39,562 nt of DNA, taken from assembly GCA_000320545.1 (NCBI GenBank), contig ADNK01002738.1:1-39562 (forward strand), given 5' to 3'. Shown here in pieces: positions 11,779-24,871 of the stretch; the first letter of the stretch is position 1; the number at the start of each line of letters is the position of its first letter. The position numbers were made by a program, and so were the translations under genes. The notes beneath the pieces were generated by a model. It was not told the origin of the DNA, did not search any database, and saw only the letters and a program-made list of their open reading frames with translations. This DNA is from Bigelowiella natans CCMP2755. Lineage: Eukaryota > Protista > Cercozoa.

Positions 11779-13913
11779 AATCAAAGAGGTACTACACATC
11801 TTCAGTACTCGGTTGAGCAGCTACGAGGCCACGTACTTAACATCTCTACCATTTGGCTTTTATTCGCCCCAAGTCTTCGTGTTCTGCCTTTTCCTCATCC
11901 CTGCCCAAGCCTTCAAAGCAGGTGATCTTACTCGTCATCGCCGAAGCTCCAAGAAAGAGTCTTCTTTCTAATTTTCCTGCTTCATTGGACGCTGTAGCCA
12001 CCTTCATATCTCCACACGCCATCAAACTCTGTCCTGCAATGTCTCTCTGTTTTGGTTGACACCTCATTCGCCCTTCTTCTATTGCCCCCCCCCCCCCCCC
12101 CCTCTTCCCTTTTCCTTTCTCTCCCTACTACCGCAGTAGTGAGAAAACTGATAACTCTACCACCGCTAAATCGAAGAATCGGAAGCCCCCCCCCCTCATG
12201 CTCTCTGATAACTACTTCTATCACGGTTTCTTCTCCTTTCGAGAGCAGCCTCCATCCAAGGCAGCAGCGAAGACAAAACCCCCTCCCCCCCCCAACCCAC
12301 CCTCACCAACACCGCCACCACCGTCATCGCCATCGTCGTCGTCCTCGTCGCAGCTTCACTTCCGCCTTCATTGCTTTGTGGTGGCAACGGTATTTCTGTT
12401 TGGGTTAAGTCCTTACATCGGCCTACGCACTGCTGGATGCTTTTCAATGTTTAGCAACCTTCGCACGGAAGGACCCTACCACCCCTCCAACCACCTCCTC
12501 ATCCCATCAGCCCTCACCAGTCTGTTTTCGATTCAGGGGGATATGGTAACAATCATCAGCAGCAGCAGGTGGCATGTGCTTCATAAGGCCCCTGCCCCTC
12601 CAAAGCTTGGAGTGACTCTAAATGAGGAGGAGGAGGAGGAGGAGGAGGAGGAGGAGGGCGAGGCTCTAAGTAAGAATACGAGAAGAAAGACATTCTTCGT
12701 TGTGAGCGGGATTGATGATCGGCCGATCATAACGTCTAGAAGCAGTATGAGGGGAATGTCCACTTCTGTGGTGAGAAAACAGCAGCGAAATAGAAGAAGA
12801 AAAGAATATGAAAAATGTGAAGAAGACCATGAAGACAATGCAGTAACTATTTTTGCTATTTTTGTAGTAGAAGGCAGAGAAGGGGGGGGTTCATGGGGGG
12901 GGTGGACGGTAAGGACCTTCAACAGTCGAAAAACACCAAAGATTAACACCCATCCTCACAAAATCCCCCCCCCCCTCCCTACCCCATTTCCACCACAGAT
13001 GTTTCGCAAGAAAGGGCCCGGCCTAAGCAGCCGGACGCGGGATATATACAGAGTTTTTCGCAACACCGGCAACAACTTTCTTGCCCCCCCCCCGAAGGGA
13101 GGCCCTCAATCGCCCCGCTACTATGTTTACCACGGCACCCTTCCAAAAGGGAGCGAGCCCTATTTGTTTCCAGTACAGCGAGGAGGCGAGTACGTGCTCT
13201 TAGAGCCTGGCGTGTGGAACCCGAGGCTGCTCGCATCACAGCAAAGGCTAAGCTCCGACGAGGTCGTTCTCGCGAGCGGGTCAATACTTATTCGGGAGAG
13301 CCGCAGGAGGCGAGAAGGGACAGGGGCGGGGGGGGGCATGAAGGAGAGTGGGCTTGATGGAATGACAGCCGTGAATAGCAACAATGTCATCGATGACTAC
13401 ACTGATGCCCTTTGGGAACCCCTTTACACTTTCCCCCCCTTTCCATCCTCCACCTCACCTGATGAAGAAGAGAGCTGGCGACAGCCACCTCTATGCGACG
13501 TGGGGGGGGGGGGGGCTCTTGGTGCTGGAGGGCGACCGGAAGATCAGGAGGAGCAGGAAGATGACTACTGCAGAAACGTGTTATCTTGGCCTTCTGAGCA
13601 GCATTCAGTGTATCAGATGGTACCTCGGCCGACGTTTGACAGTATGCTCTACAAACTACGATTCAAGAGTCATAGGAAGAAGAAGAAGAAGGAGAAAGTG
13701 GAGGCCTTAGCGGGGACATCTGGCACAAAGCACGGTGCCAGCTACACCAGCAGCCCCGTATACATGAAGGTCGCGTATGAGGGGAGGTTGGTTGAGTCCT
13801 TCCACATCCTGGAGGAGCCTGAGTTTAGGCAGCCCAAATACCCGCTGTTGATGTGGCTGATGTACTTTCGAGCCGGGCACTTCGAAGACCCTGTGTCCCG
13901 ATGTGTGTGGTAG
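9807..13913 (+). CDS. HTTM-domain (vitamin K-dependent carboxylase-like transmembrane domain) polytopic membrane protein, multi-exon
   Basis: Motifs VYAWAGMHKFNSAFFDPLHSC, IEISAGLLLL, LHFFLSPVGFYDFS, GLSPYIGLRTAGCFSMFSNLRTEG..SNHLLIP match the bacterial-type HTTM family as I recall it. Introns 10428-10575 and 10707-10767 are in phase. Start codon and middle exons uncertain. Confidence 0.75.
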
Positions 13914-13929
13914 CAGTAGTATGAGTAGT

Positions 13930-15110
13930 ATTCGCTGTCGTTGTTGTGCGCTGTATGCGCAGATGGAATGGGGCTGTTGCTGCATGTATTTCTTAGAGGG
14001 TTGCGCTCGAGTGCGATGCATAGACATGCTAGCATGGTAGCATGGTCGTTCCAATGCAGCCGTGTGCAACATTGCGGCACTACAATTGCTTTTAGCAGCA
14101 AGCTGCGCGAGGCTCATGGAGTCGCAGCATGCAGCTCAGTTCCACAATGCTAGAATGCTAGAATGTTTGCACACCAAAAAAAAAAGCGAAAAAGAACATT
14201 GCTGGATTGGCACATGTGTACGTGGTCAACACACCTAGATGCCTTTGTGCTTTCGATGCACATTTGTGCACATTCTGGCATTGGTGCACACCTAGACACT
14301 GCTAGCTAGCTAGACCAGCACATGCTGATTTCACTAGTTTCGTCGCAATGCCCCAGCTAGCCAGAGCTCCACGCTCAATGCTTCATGTTGATGTGAATCA
14401 CGCTCGCTTGCTTGCACACACTAGCATGGCTGATCACTTGCAAAATTGTGCATGCTAGCATGCACATTTCATTGGGAACAAGCCTGGCTATCTGGCATGG
14501 CTTGATAGCTGTGTCTAGATGTGGACGTGAGTGAGACATGTAATGCCAAATTGTGCTCCGTGCATGCCAGCAAAATCGCTGTCCTCGCGACTTTTTGTCC
14601 ACATGCATCATGCGCAAATAAAGGTTCATCATGCTAGCTAGCTAGCGTGTCTCTAGTGTCTGTGCTAGTGTGCATGTAGTCATGTTTGCCGGCGCAGGGC
14701 AGTATGTCAAAAGCTATGCACACGACAGCTTAGATGTATGCATGGCATTATTGGCGCTGACCTACGCGCCTACACGCCTGTGCATTCATGCAAGTGCTGA
14801 ATGATCATGCTGAACGAGCACGTGCACGACATGCTTGTCACGCCATAGCGCGATCGACAAGGCTAGAAGGTAATTGTATACAGCCTGCTAGCCTGAATCA
14901 TACTAGTGCATGCTAGGATACTCTAGTACTACCTATGCATATACGCATGCACAATGCTAGAATGATGTGTGCCAAGCACGGTATACTAGTCTAGACGGTC
15001 TCCATACACATCGTTCGCTAGGCATACGAAATAGGTATAGCTAGTGATGTCTACATCAGGATGCATGCGCCCATTGAAAAAGTTAAAATTATTCATTACA
15101 TTCGTCTCAG
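13930..15110. other. TpA-altered, CTAG-rich repeat-like island 2 (convergent gap HTTM/PPR)
   Basis: Most surviving TA in 14100-14700 lie in CTAG (GCTAGCTAGCTAG runs); the end 15051-15109 matches the reverse complement of 6741-6795. Confidence 0.65.
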
Positions 15111-15189
15111 AGCTGTTTTTACAGAGCAGAACCATGTCTACGATTAACTTTACAAGATATCATTAACTTTTGCATAAGCTCCCCGTCCT

Positions 15190-15486
15190 AATCAGCTAAT
15201 TTTCGGCGAGTCAATTCCGCAACATCTGATGATACAGCAGCAAGTAAGAAATTAGACGAGTGGGCTGTAGTGTTAGGTCTCAATTGAAAGACGGATTTAC
15301 GTTTGTATCGCTTCTAAACACTATATGTGCGTGTACCTGAATCCCCCAGGCAAAGGATAATTTGAACAGCATCGATTACCTAAAAGCAATGGTGACATCA
15401 ACACCACACCACCGACATGAAACACACAATGTTTCCTACATCAGATTTCTAAATCCAACATTATAATACATAAACATATGGTATAT

Positions 15487-15543
<57 letters not shown>

Positions 15544-15551
15544 TATCTATA

Positions 15552-15589
<38 letters not shown>

Positions 15590-15956
15590 TGCGTGTGTGT
15601 CCCAATATATCATCTTTCGCACCCGATTCGACATCCATTCCGGTTTCTCTTCCGCAATATACGTGAAGATGCTTCTTGCCCTGCACGCAGACAACGATAT
15701 TTCAGGATGGGGGGTGGAGACAAGAGGAGGAGTATGGTGTCCATGTCACCCCCGTGTGTACATTCCATCATACAAGTGTTCGCTATTCTGACTGACAGTA
15801 TTCTTGGAGAGTCCTTCTCAAAGACCTTTAGGTCTTCACTAAGAAACCGCAGCCATACTATAAAGCCTTCGCGCACGAAGGGGGGGGGGGAAGGGGAAGG
15901 ATGGGTGAGCGGGGGTCGGTTTATGAACGCGTTGTATGCACCTTTTTTACATATAT

Positions 15957-15993
<37 letters not shown>

Positions 15994-15995
15994 CC

Positions 15996-16073
<78 letters not shown>

Positions 16074-16328
16074 TGTGTGTGTGCAAGAAATTTGTTGGTA
16101 AGTGATCTGACTCAAATTGCTGGTGTGTGTGCTGCTATTCTGGTCGCTATTTTACTCGCACCGTCGATATCATCGTGTTTGATGAAGCTCAGAGTCATCG
16201 TTGAGCGCAGCCCTCGGGACATAAACCTGTCGGCTGATGATCATGATGACTAAGATTATTATGATGATTATTGCGATGATGACGATGGTGGTGATGATGT
16301 GTGTTTCATGCATGGCACTATGTATATT

Positions 16329-16379
<51 letters not shown>

Positions 16380-16614
16380 ATATTTCTGTATAAATAATCA
16401 GTTACTTAAAACTGTGTGTGTGTGGGGGGGAGGGAGGGAGAGAGAGAGGGAGAGAGAGAGAGAAGAGACGAAAAGAAACCACATTTTCATTAGAATCCAT
16501 GTGCTTCTTCACCTACCATTATTCTTGCCTACGTGAGGCAGAAACCTAGGTAGCAGCTTCAAACGATGCTTTATTACGTCACTTGCGACGTTGAGCAGCC
16601 CCGTATGACTAAGT

Positions 16615-16649
<35 letters not shown>

Positions 16650-18027
16650 TGGAGGCATGGCGTCCAATGCGTGCGTGCGTGTGTGTGTGTGTGTGTGTTC
16701 TCAAAATTTTGGTACTTAAAGCTTAGCATCTGATAGCATCATAAAGAACATTTAAACATCGGAAGAACATCTAAACATCGGACGGGTCTAGCGCACATAC
16801 GCTAGCGCCGGTATGAGTATCTTGAAGGTCCTTGAGTTGAAGAACACCTGCAATATAGGTAACCTTTCTTCGGAGAACAACTCGTTTTATGCTCGAAAAT
16901 ATTTATTAACCCCCCCTCCCCCTCCCCCCTCCCCTCAGCCCCTTTATGTGTTAATGAATCCATGGATATATTAGGGAGTTATAGGCGTTGGTTTTGTGCA
17001 CAGATACCTTTCGTCTTATACCGCGATTTGTCCAATGCTGGAGACTGATAACGACGATCAAAGTTATTTTATTGATTCAAGGGGGGGGGGGGGGGGGAAG
17101 GGAATAATTAGTGCAAGGGGGAGCTGTGTGTGTGTGTGTGTTGCGAACACGACGCACACGGGTAAGTACTAACACGCAACGTACAACGCACACCCACACC
17201 CCCACACACGCCACCCAAACAACAAAATCATCATCATCATCATCATCATCTTCGTGTTGTTGTTTAAAACTAGAAGAGTGGGATGTCAATCATCATCGCG
17301 TATTATAACGCAAAATACGACAATAATACATGATAAATGTAATACGAAGATGGCCAATAGATGGAGTGTGTGTGTATGGATAACAACAAATCATGGAGGC
17401 AATCGGTGTCCTTTTACAGTTCATGTCCCCCCCCCCCCCCCCACCCCCACCACAACTTCCTTACCGTCTGAGGATGTACGCATTCCCCGTGCTGCGACTG
17501 CTCTCGTCATCGCTATCCCCCTCCTCATTTTGATCAGTAGCTGGGGTTGTTGTTGTTGTTGTTGTTGTTGTTGATGATGATGATGATGATGACGTCTGCG
17601 CTATATTGCCATCGTCTTCGTTGTCGTTGCCGTTGCTCCTTTTCCTCCCCCCCCCCCCCCTCTCCTCCGTAATCAGCGTGGCGTACACCATCACGATTGT
17701 GTCGATAATATGCCTGTCCTCTATGGTAGTTCCTGATGATGACGACGATGATGATGATGATGATGATTGGTGATAGTGAAGAAGAAGAAACGACGTGTAA
17801 CGAGGAGGGGTAATATTAACAGAGTTATAATATACGACTTTAGTCATTTCATACACAGGAGAATACCAGGAAATCACGACGGCACTCGTCTCCCTACATC
17901 CCACCCCCTCCTCCTGGAACTACTTTGTACCTTTCTTGATTTCCTCCTCAATCAATTCGGCTGCACGCTAATAATGCGTCGTGGAGGTAGGGGCCCATAA
18001 CAGGGAAATATGCAAGAAAATACGTGA

Positions 18028-18061
<34 letters not shown>

Positions 18062-18130
18062 GGAGGAGGAAGATGGCAGGGCAAACCAGCAACCGCGTAT
18101 ACCTATCCATTCTATCTTCCAAATACAAAC

Positions 18131-18169
<39 letters not shown>

Positions 18170-19042
18170 ATGCCCGTCTTTAACATCCTAATACATAATG
18201 TATCTATCGTCGATACATCTATTTACTCATTCATGTGTTCCGCATGTGTGCGTGCTGCGCGCATTGAGAAATAAAGACAAAATCCCCATATGATTGCTTC
18301 CGCGGCAGACCTCTATGTCGTTGTTTTTGATGTGGATATTGCTAATGGTACTCAGCAGTCGTGAATGGATGGGACCTTAAAGTGATAAAACGCGGTAGAG
18401 CAATAACACGCTATTCAGAAGGCATGCAGCAGCATAAGCACACACCCCACACAATACTCGCTTTTTGATTTTTTGATTTCAATTTTATGTTATAATTGTT
18501 ACTGATAGCCTACCAAACTTAGCGCTGGCCTTGGACAGCCAATACAGTGCCTGGTCCTCGATTCCTTTCACAAGTTATGTTCTTCACGATCAAAAGAAGC
18601 TCGTCGTGTGCAGATGGGAAGGAGGGCCAAGAAGGGGGGGGGAGAGGGGGAGGTTGTTGATCATACCTTTCATCGCATATATCTGCCCAATGCTGCAGTA
18701 GACACGACTGTCTGGAGCTACGCCTGCAACTATCATCTTTTTGCATGATCACACACAATCATACACAAACACACATAAACACAATCACAATCACACACAC
18801 GCACTCCGACAGAGTTTTATATTTTCGGACTATACCCCCCACTGCTTTGATAGATTCGGCAATACGGAAACATGCACCGTTGCAGTATTGATCACCATCA
18901 TCATCACATTCATCATCATCAGTGGGCACCAGCGGCCAGACACACCTTCTCCATCCATTTCAACGCCATCGCAAGGTCGCCTCTCCGTTGATATCCGTTA
19001 ATTACTAACACATATACATAGAAACACAAGAATAGTTATATG

Positions 19043-19084
<42 letters not shown>

Positions 19085-19722
19085 TCGTGATCTTACTTGC
19101 TCCATAAGAAACAACGTCAGGAGGATCGATATTCCCCTTTTCTGCCTCTACAGCGGATTCTATCAGTTTCCCCACTGTCTTTGATTTTGGAATGATCTTA
19201 CGGGGGGGGGGGGGGGGGGGATTTTTAGTCGCCGCGCCCCCCAGATGAAAAAAAAACAAATGAGAATGAGAATGATGATGATAGTGATGAAAATGAAAAT
19301 GATGATGTGCCTCTGCTTATCTCCAAATACTGCTGCCATCCCTACCACCTCTCTCCTCAATGTTAATTCCATAGCTATGCTGTGCTGCAGGTTAGTAAGC
19401 AAGATGCTTTCCCTGATCGTTGTTGTTGTTATTGTTGTTGTTGTTGTGCTCCTAAAAGATGCTAATGTGATGACGCTGTTATTACCCCCTCGTTTATCAT
19501 TCGGTTGAGGTATTTCATGGACAGTTGTGGTTTCCGCGCTTTGGCGCATGATTTAAGCATTGTATTATACACCTGATCAAGAGCGGGTGCAAGAAAGGGG
19601 AATAAGCTGTAGCGTAGCACACTTCAATGTATCGGTCAGGTCGAGTAAGTCAATGCTGCGACGAAATGATAGGGGTATTAAAAAACGGTGAGTTTGCTTC
19701 CACAGGAAAAACCCCGTTGTGA

Positions 19723-19770
<48 letters not shown>

Positions 19771-20556
19771 TATGTCCGTCTTATATTCGTTTTCAGCTGC
19801 CTCGAAAGGGGAGCTAGCTACTCACAAATCTTTTGAAATTGAGGACTGCGGTCTTGCTGTGAAAGGGGGATAACTCGTCAATTTCGCACATAACCTATAG
19901 AACAGGCACAAACCGCCACCATTCAAATCCAAAACATGTAAGCAGTACAATTTCCATAGGCCTACCGCCGATCACTACACCAATCTGCAACGCTTCTTAA
20001 TGATATTATTTCAATCACTATCATCCGACACATCGGTCACTACAGGCTCGTCATCATCGCTAATATCCTCTCTCACTGCCATCGCCTTCATCTCACAATT
20101 CAACTCTGTATTTATCCGAAGAGAATGAACGAACCTTGTTCAATATAGTTTCCACTAAGTTAATATGCTCGCGTGTGGAAGAAATGGCGGCGATGTGATT
20201 CATCTCTCGTGTCAACTCCTTGATTCTTCGATTATTATGCAGCAAAATCTTCCCTGGCACTGGTCGCTTCCTCTCGATTTTTCCGTGCTCGCTATGTTTC
20301 AGATGCATCGATGAAGAATCGGTATCGGTTTGGAAGGTCCTATGTGTCGGCCATAATATCCCGCCGAGCAACGCCCGACGTCGTCTTCCATAAAAATGCG
20401 GAATTGCTATAGCAGAATATGATGCACGGCGAGGTCTCCATGACCCCTGTAAAACGAATCAGAAAAAATTTCAATACTGCACCTGGAGTTAGATGGATTG
20501 GGTGGGGGGGCGCTTACCGGCCTCGACGGCCTGCGTGGGAGCTTCGAGAGCCACAT
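15190..20556 (-). CDS. Pentatricopeptide-repeat (PPR) protein, many exons, probable organellar transit peptide
   Basis: Spliced PPR motifs VYNTMLKSCAKARKPQLSMKYLNRMINEG|IIPKSKTVGKLI, PDVVSYGA|IINGYQRRGDLAMALKWMEK|MIVAGVAPDSRVYCSI. Arg/Ser-rich N-terminus MWLSKLPRRPSRP|GSWRPRRAS. 3' end approximate. Confidence 0.75.
15960..16082. repeat. Compound microsatellite (TA)n-(CT)n-(GT)n in a PPR intron, representative of many intronic SSRs
   Basis: Direct reading; similar arrays at 423-471, 552-614, 4396-4454, 11618-11678, 15487-15599, 19716-19769, 39020-39077, 39391-39422. Confidence 0.95.
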
Positions 20557-20899
20557 GGTCCCTTCGGGACCTACACGTAAGGATTATAACCCGGAAACTT
20601 CAATGCTGTGCTGATGCCGATGAATCTTCTCATGAGGCAATGGATAAGTCATGTCGCTTTATATAAATCTGTGTTTATATATTAAACCATCCATTTTATT
20701 TTGGATATTTTAAGAAGAGACCCGTAAGATCCCAAATGCATGGTAGTTCCAAGGATAAAAAATGTTCCAAAAATCGTTTGATTATGAGTTCCATTACTGA
20801 GCTACGACAGCATTTTTCCTTGTCGTAAGATGATAATTTAGGATATTTCCGCGTGAAGAGAAGAGAGCCACCGGCTCAGAAAAGACAGGAAGACTAAAA

Positions 20900-22227
20900 A
20901 TGGAGCTTCCCACCCTCCCCCCCACTTCCTCACTCACCTCCCTAGAAGACTTCGTTAATGCTGTTTCCATCCTATTTGAACCGGCACCCCCACTTGCAAA
21001 AGGTTCAGCCTGTTTTCATGGGAATAGGAGGATGATAGTTTTCTCACACCGAAAAAGGGGGGGCTACGTCGACTTGTATGATGGATTTATTTCCCTGCTA
21101 ATGCTTTTTGTTTGTTCGGTTGATACACAGCTCTGTTCGAAGCTCACCAAAAATCGGCGATGAAAGAGTCAGGCATACTTTTTTGGAGAAAAATGCTGAC
21201 TTGGCACCATCTTGAACTCCACACCCTGTCTCACGTTGTGTTTGTATGTGTAATGAATATGTCATAGTTATCGAACAATCATATCGGTAGCAAAGGGTGC
21301 TATTGGAGGCATGGATTCCGAGGCAAAGCTAGAGGTAAAGTTATGCCTCTCTTCGGAAAACATTCTCGCTTTTTCAAATGCATACCCTGCTTCAAGGCTT
21401 CAAAGAACAAATACGTATCTATCCTTCGAGCATGGCCTTGGTGCTTGCAGTTTTAAGATATTCGACCCTTTTTGGTCTTCCTGCTACCCTTTCTTTTGTC
21501 AGGTGATCAATGCACATCCTCGTATCGGACAGAAGGATGCCTCAAAGCTCTCGAAATTCTCCAAGATTGAGCAGGGGGTCAGATTTAGTCCATTTTGGGG
21601 GGGGGGAGGGGGAGGATGCAGCAGTTATTTTCTATTATTTACGGCTGTCCGTGTCCTTTTATAGACATTTTCTATATTCATGTATATGTAATATCAAAAC
21701 ACTACAGATGGCGGAAGAGAGTAAAGTCATCAGTGTAGAGGAACAGAAGGTGCTCTTACATCCGTCGGTTTACGTGCAATAGCATACATGTGTGGGTATG
21801 CACAACTGAGAAGATATTCAATGTTTCAGATTCTCGAAGACTTCAAGAATCTTAACGCAGAGTGCGGCAAGAATAAAATGCTAATTTCTGTCCTCTTTTC
21901 TCATGATATATACCTTCACATCAAGATTATGAACACTTTATAATGTTCAGCTACGAAAAGAAATTTGGCTTTAAATTCATCATATTCGTGAATGGGCGGC
22001 CGAAGAAGGATCTCTTGCCAATCGGAAGGAAAAGGCAAATTTACATCCTAACACTAGAACACAGTATCGTATCCGTCCAATAATCGTGACGCATTGTACA
22101 ATATAGGATGAAAAATTCGCGTGACATGGAGCTCGCGACAGGGATTAAAGCCATGCTCGATATTGCATTAGATCGGTTGAAAAAGATAGAGCAGGCTGAA
22201 AAGGCAAAAAAAACATCTAGACTCTAA
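20900..22227 (+). CDS. uraD: OHCU decarboxylase (urate degradation), multi-exon
   Basis: Spliced motifs [64 protein letters not shown]. Last intron 22035-22106 is GC-AG. Stop TAA 22225-22227. Confidence 0.9.
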
Positions 22228-22259
22228 GAAAAATAATGATGAGATCCCTGTAAGCGAGT

Positions 22260-22790
22260 CTAGCAAGTTATGATACCCTACTTGTATGCGGATGTAATAA
22301 AGAACATGTGTGTCGAATACGTCTAGACGTCTATGTATGGACGTACCCATACGCACCTGCAAGTTAATTTCTACGTGCGATGCATTAGCTGTAGGTCCGT
22401 AAAAAAAAAATAAAAATCATGTGGCTGCTCTAGTGCTAGCTCTAGAGCTAGCTAGCTAGGCTAGTTTTGTCATATCGCTTCTAAATTGTATAGCCAGCGC
22501 TACATATGTTATAGTTCGATGGGGAGGTCAGTATGAAGTTGGGTATACGGCACACATACATACGCCAAGCAGGTGTGCTGGCTGGCTGGGATGCATGTAG
22601 CTGCTCTAGCTACTGCTGTGCGATAGTCTTCTCTGGCTAGCTGGATAATAATAACATGATGCAGTTTTTAAGCTGCCACATATTATTAACCTTGCGAAAT
22701 ATATATAGTGACTACGGATGGCTGGCGTCTAGATCTAGAGATGTACACGTCGATAGAATAATAGTAGTCATTAGATCCTGCTAAGATATA
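22260..22790. other. TA-palindrome-rich island 3 (convergent gap uraD/ankyrin)
   Basis: e.g. CTCTAGTGCTAGCTCTAGAGCTAGCTAGCTAGGCTAG at about 22428-22464 and TCTAGATCTAGAG at about 22728-22740. Confidence 0.55.
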
Positions 22791-22874
22791 CTTTCAATTC
22801 ATCATTATGCTAAAGGGAGGAGGCTGTACCATCTTCATCCCCAATTCTAATTATTTAAACTGTAATCTGATTTT

Positions 22875-24336
22875 TTAGGACGATATATTGTACTTGTGTG
22901 AGCTGAAACCACATGCTCCAATTATGCAATCTTTCAGCATGATTACCGACTCGAGATCCCTTTCCACAGTTTTTTCTATTTTTCTCCTTCGAACATCCTG
23001 TTCTAACACTGCCACCACCTGTAAACACAAGATATATCACACTTTGCCTCGGCGTCCTCCTTGTAGTACAAAAAAGGGGTTCCTGTACCTTTGACCAAGA
23101 CTTCTTCTTCGCCCAATCCAAACAGTCTTTCCCTTCACCACATTTGAAGTGAACGTCGGCATCAGTTTCGTTGACCATAAACTCCACGAGCTCATGGCGC
23201 CCTTTGTATGAAGCTAGTAGAAGTGGTGTAATCTTGCGTCCATCCGTACAATTGATATCAGCATTGCGCTTGTACAGCAGATACTTCACAATCGGAATGT
23301 GGCCATAGACACTTGCTGCTAACAACGCGCCATTCGCGGCAGATGCCCCAGGTTGGCACAAGGCCCATCCTATTATGTATGATGAAGAATGAAGACATGA
23401 AATAATAATGATATTGCGATCGCTTGTGGACATAACTATTATCACCAATTGTTGATGATGACGATGATGATAGCGATGATGATTACGATGATGATGATAA
23501 AACGAAAAATTATGCTCGACTTTTTTTATTACCGCAGCCATGTTTTGACCCTACGTCCGGGAACTTTCCATCGTGGTACTCATCATACATATCCAGAAAG
23601 TATCTGCGCGGATCATAAGTATTTATGAACAAGCAATGAATTATCGAGGATCTACATGTCCGATATTTGTGAAGCTTTAGTTGAATGCTTTGTGAGATTA
23701 ATTTTGTAAGACTTGATTAACTCGACGGAACCCTTCCGAGCTGCCCAAACCATGGCATTGAAACCTGTCGTAGAGGGGGATAATAGCTTTAGGCTACACG
23801 AAAGAGTTTCTAGAAACTGTGCCATCTATGTTAGATTTCCATTACCTCCTTTATCTCTTAAATCCAGGAGAGCTCCCATTTCTATGAGGCATTTTGCAGC
23901 ATCCTATATTATATTACAAACGAGTTTACCTTAGAATTTGATAATTAGAAATAATGTAATTTTATCTTTCTCTATTGAACCAAAATTAAGTCCTAGGTGC
24001 CAATTTTCTCAATTGAGTTAAGATCCGAAATTTACTTCCCCCCCTCCCCCCCCTCTTCCCACCTCCCTCTTTCACAGTTTGTATTTCTATTTCTTTCTCC
24101 TTTTGCCTTACAATTCTCATATTTGGTTCAAATTTTACCAGTTGGATTGAATTTGCAGCGATCATGAGGGGAGTAGTGCTAAAGAACTTGTCCCGTGAGT
24201 TGACGATCTGCGGAGCAACTTTGAGTGCAACCCTCAGCCGCTTCACCCTCCCACTTTCAATATTTTCCACAACACAAAGTTCGGGATATTCATTTCCATC
24301 CGCACAGACCATCGGTAAAATCTCTTCCTCCCCCAT
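22875..24336 (-). CDS. Ankyrin-repeat protein, multi-exon
   Basis: TTPLMIAA, GFNAMVWAARKGSVELIK, ALLAASVYGHIPIVKYLL, DINCTDGRKITPLLLASYKGRHELVEFMV. Last exon VVAVLEQDV...NISS stop. Confidence 0.85.
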
Positions 24337-24871
24337 GGTAGTCCGTTCGAAGGACTTCGCTCAAACTTGGTAGCTGGTAGAGTTATAGGACGAAAATAAA
24401 GTGCGACAACTATTTATATAAGGATCCCTGAGAAATTGGCTTCCCACACTTTTCGGCTTTGAAAAGGGGAACAAAGCGAAGTTCGAAGAACGAGAGTTTA
24501 CCAAGATATCACCAAGGATCTCAAGATTGCATCATGGGGTCTCGAGAGGGAAATTGTGCGAGCTGGTCCCTCTTTATCCACTTGACCGTCAGTTACGGGG
24601 ATTAAATTTATTTTGATAGAATATAGCTTCAAATTTAAATTCTGTGTGCCATTTCTACTTTTTTTTGTCATTTACGGGCCATCCCATGATAATAACGCAG
24701 CTGCAGGAATCTACCGATCCCTCTTTTTCCGCAGTCGCCAATGACGGGGATTAGTGATTATAACGCAAAATAGAAGGTTAAATGTATAGAAAAGGGGATT
24801 GTCGTCTCCTTTTTTGAACCTTTTGGGACCCATGCACATAATAATAACGACACTACATACATCATTCAAAA

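Noticed and set aside
12623-12657. Poly-Glu tract as a gamma-carboxylation substrate of the HTTM protein
   Set aside because: It is a (GAG)n microsatellite in a probable intron, and no carboxylase activity is supported.
14100-15060. Helitron 3' ends suggested by abundant CTAG
   Set aside because: CTAG is scattered and tandem, with no hairpin-CTAG terminus or Rep/helicase sequence seen.
15478-16253. ORFs rich in CVCV/YIYI/RERE/LSLS (here and elsewhere)
   Set aside because: These are translations of intronic dinucleotide microsatellites.
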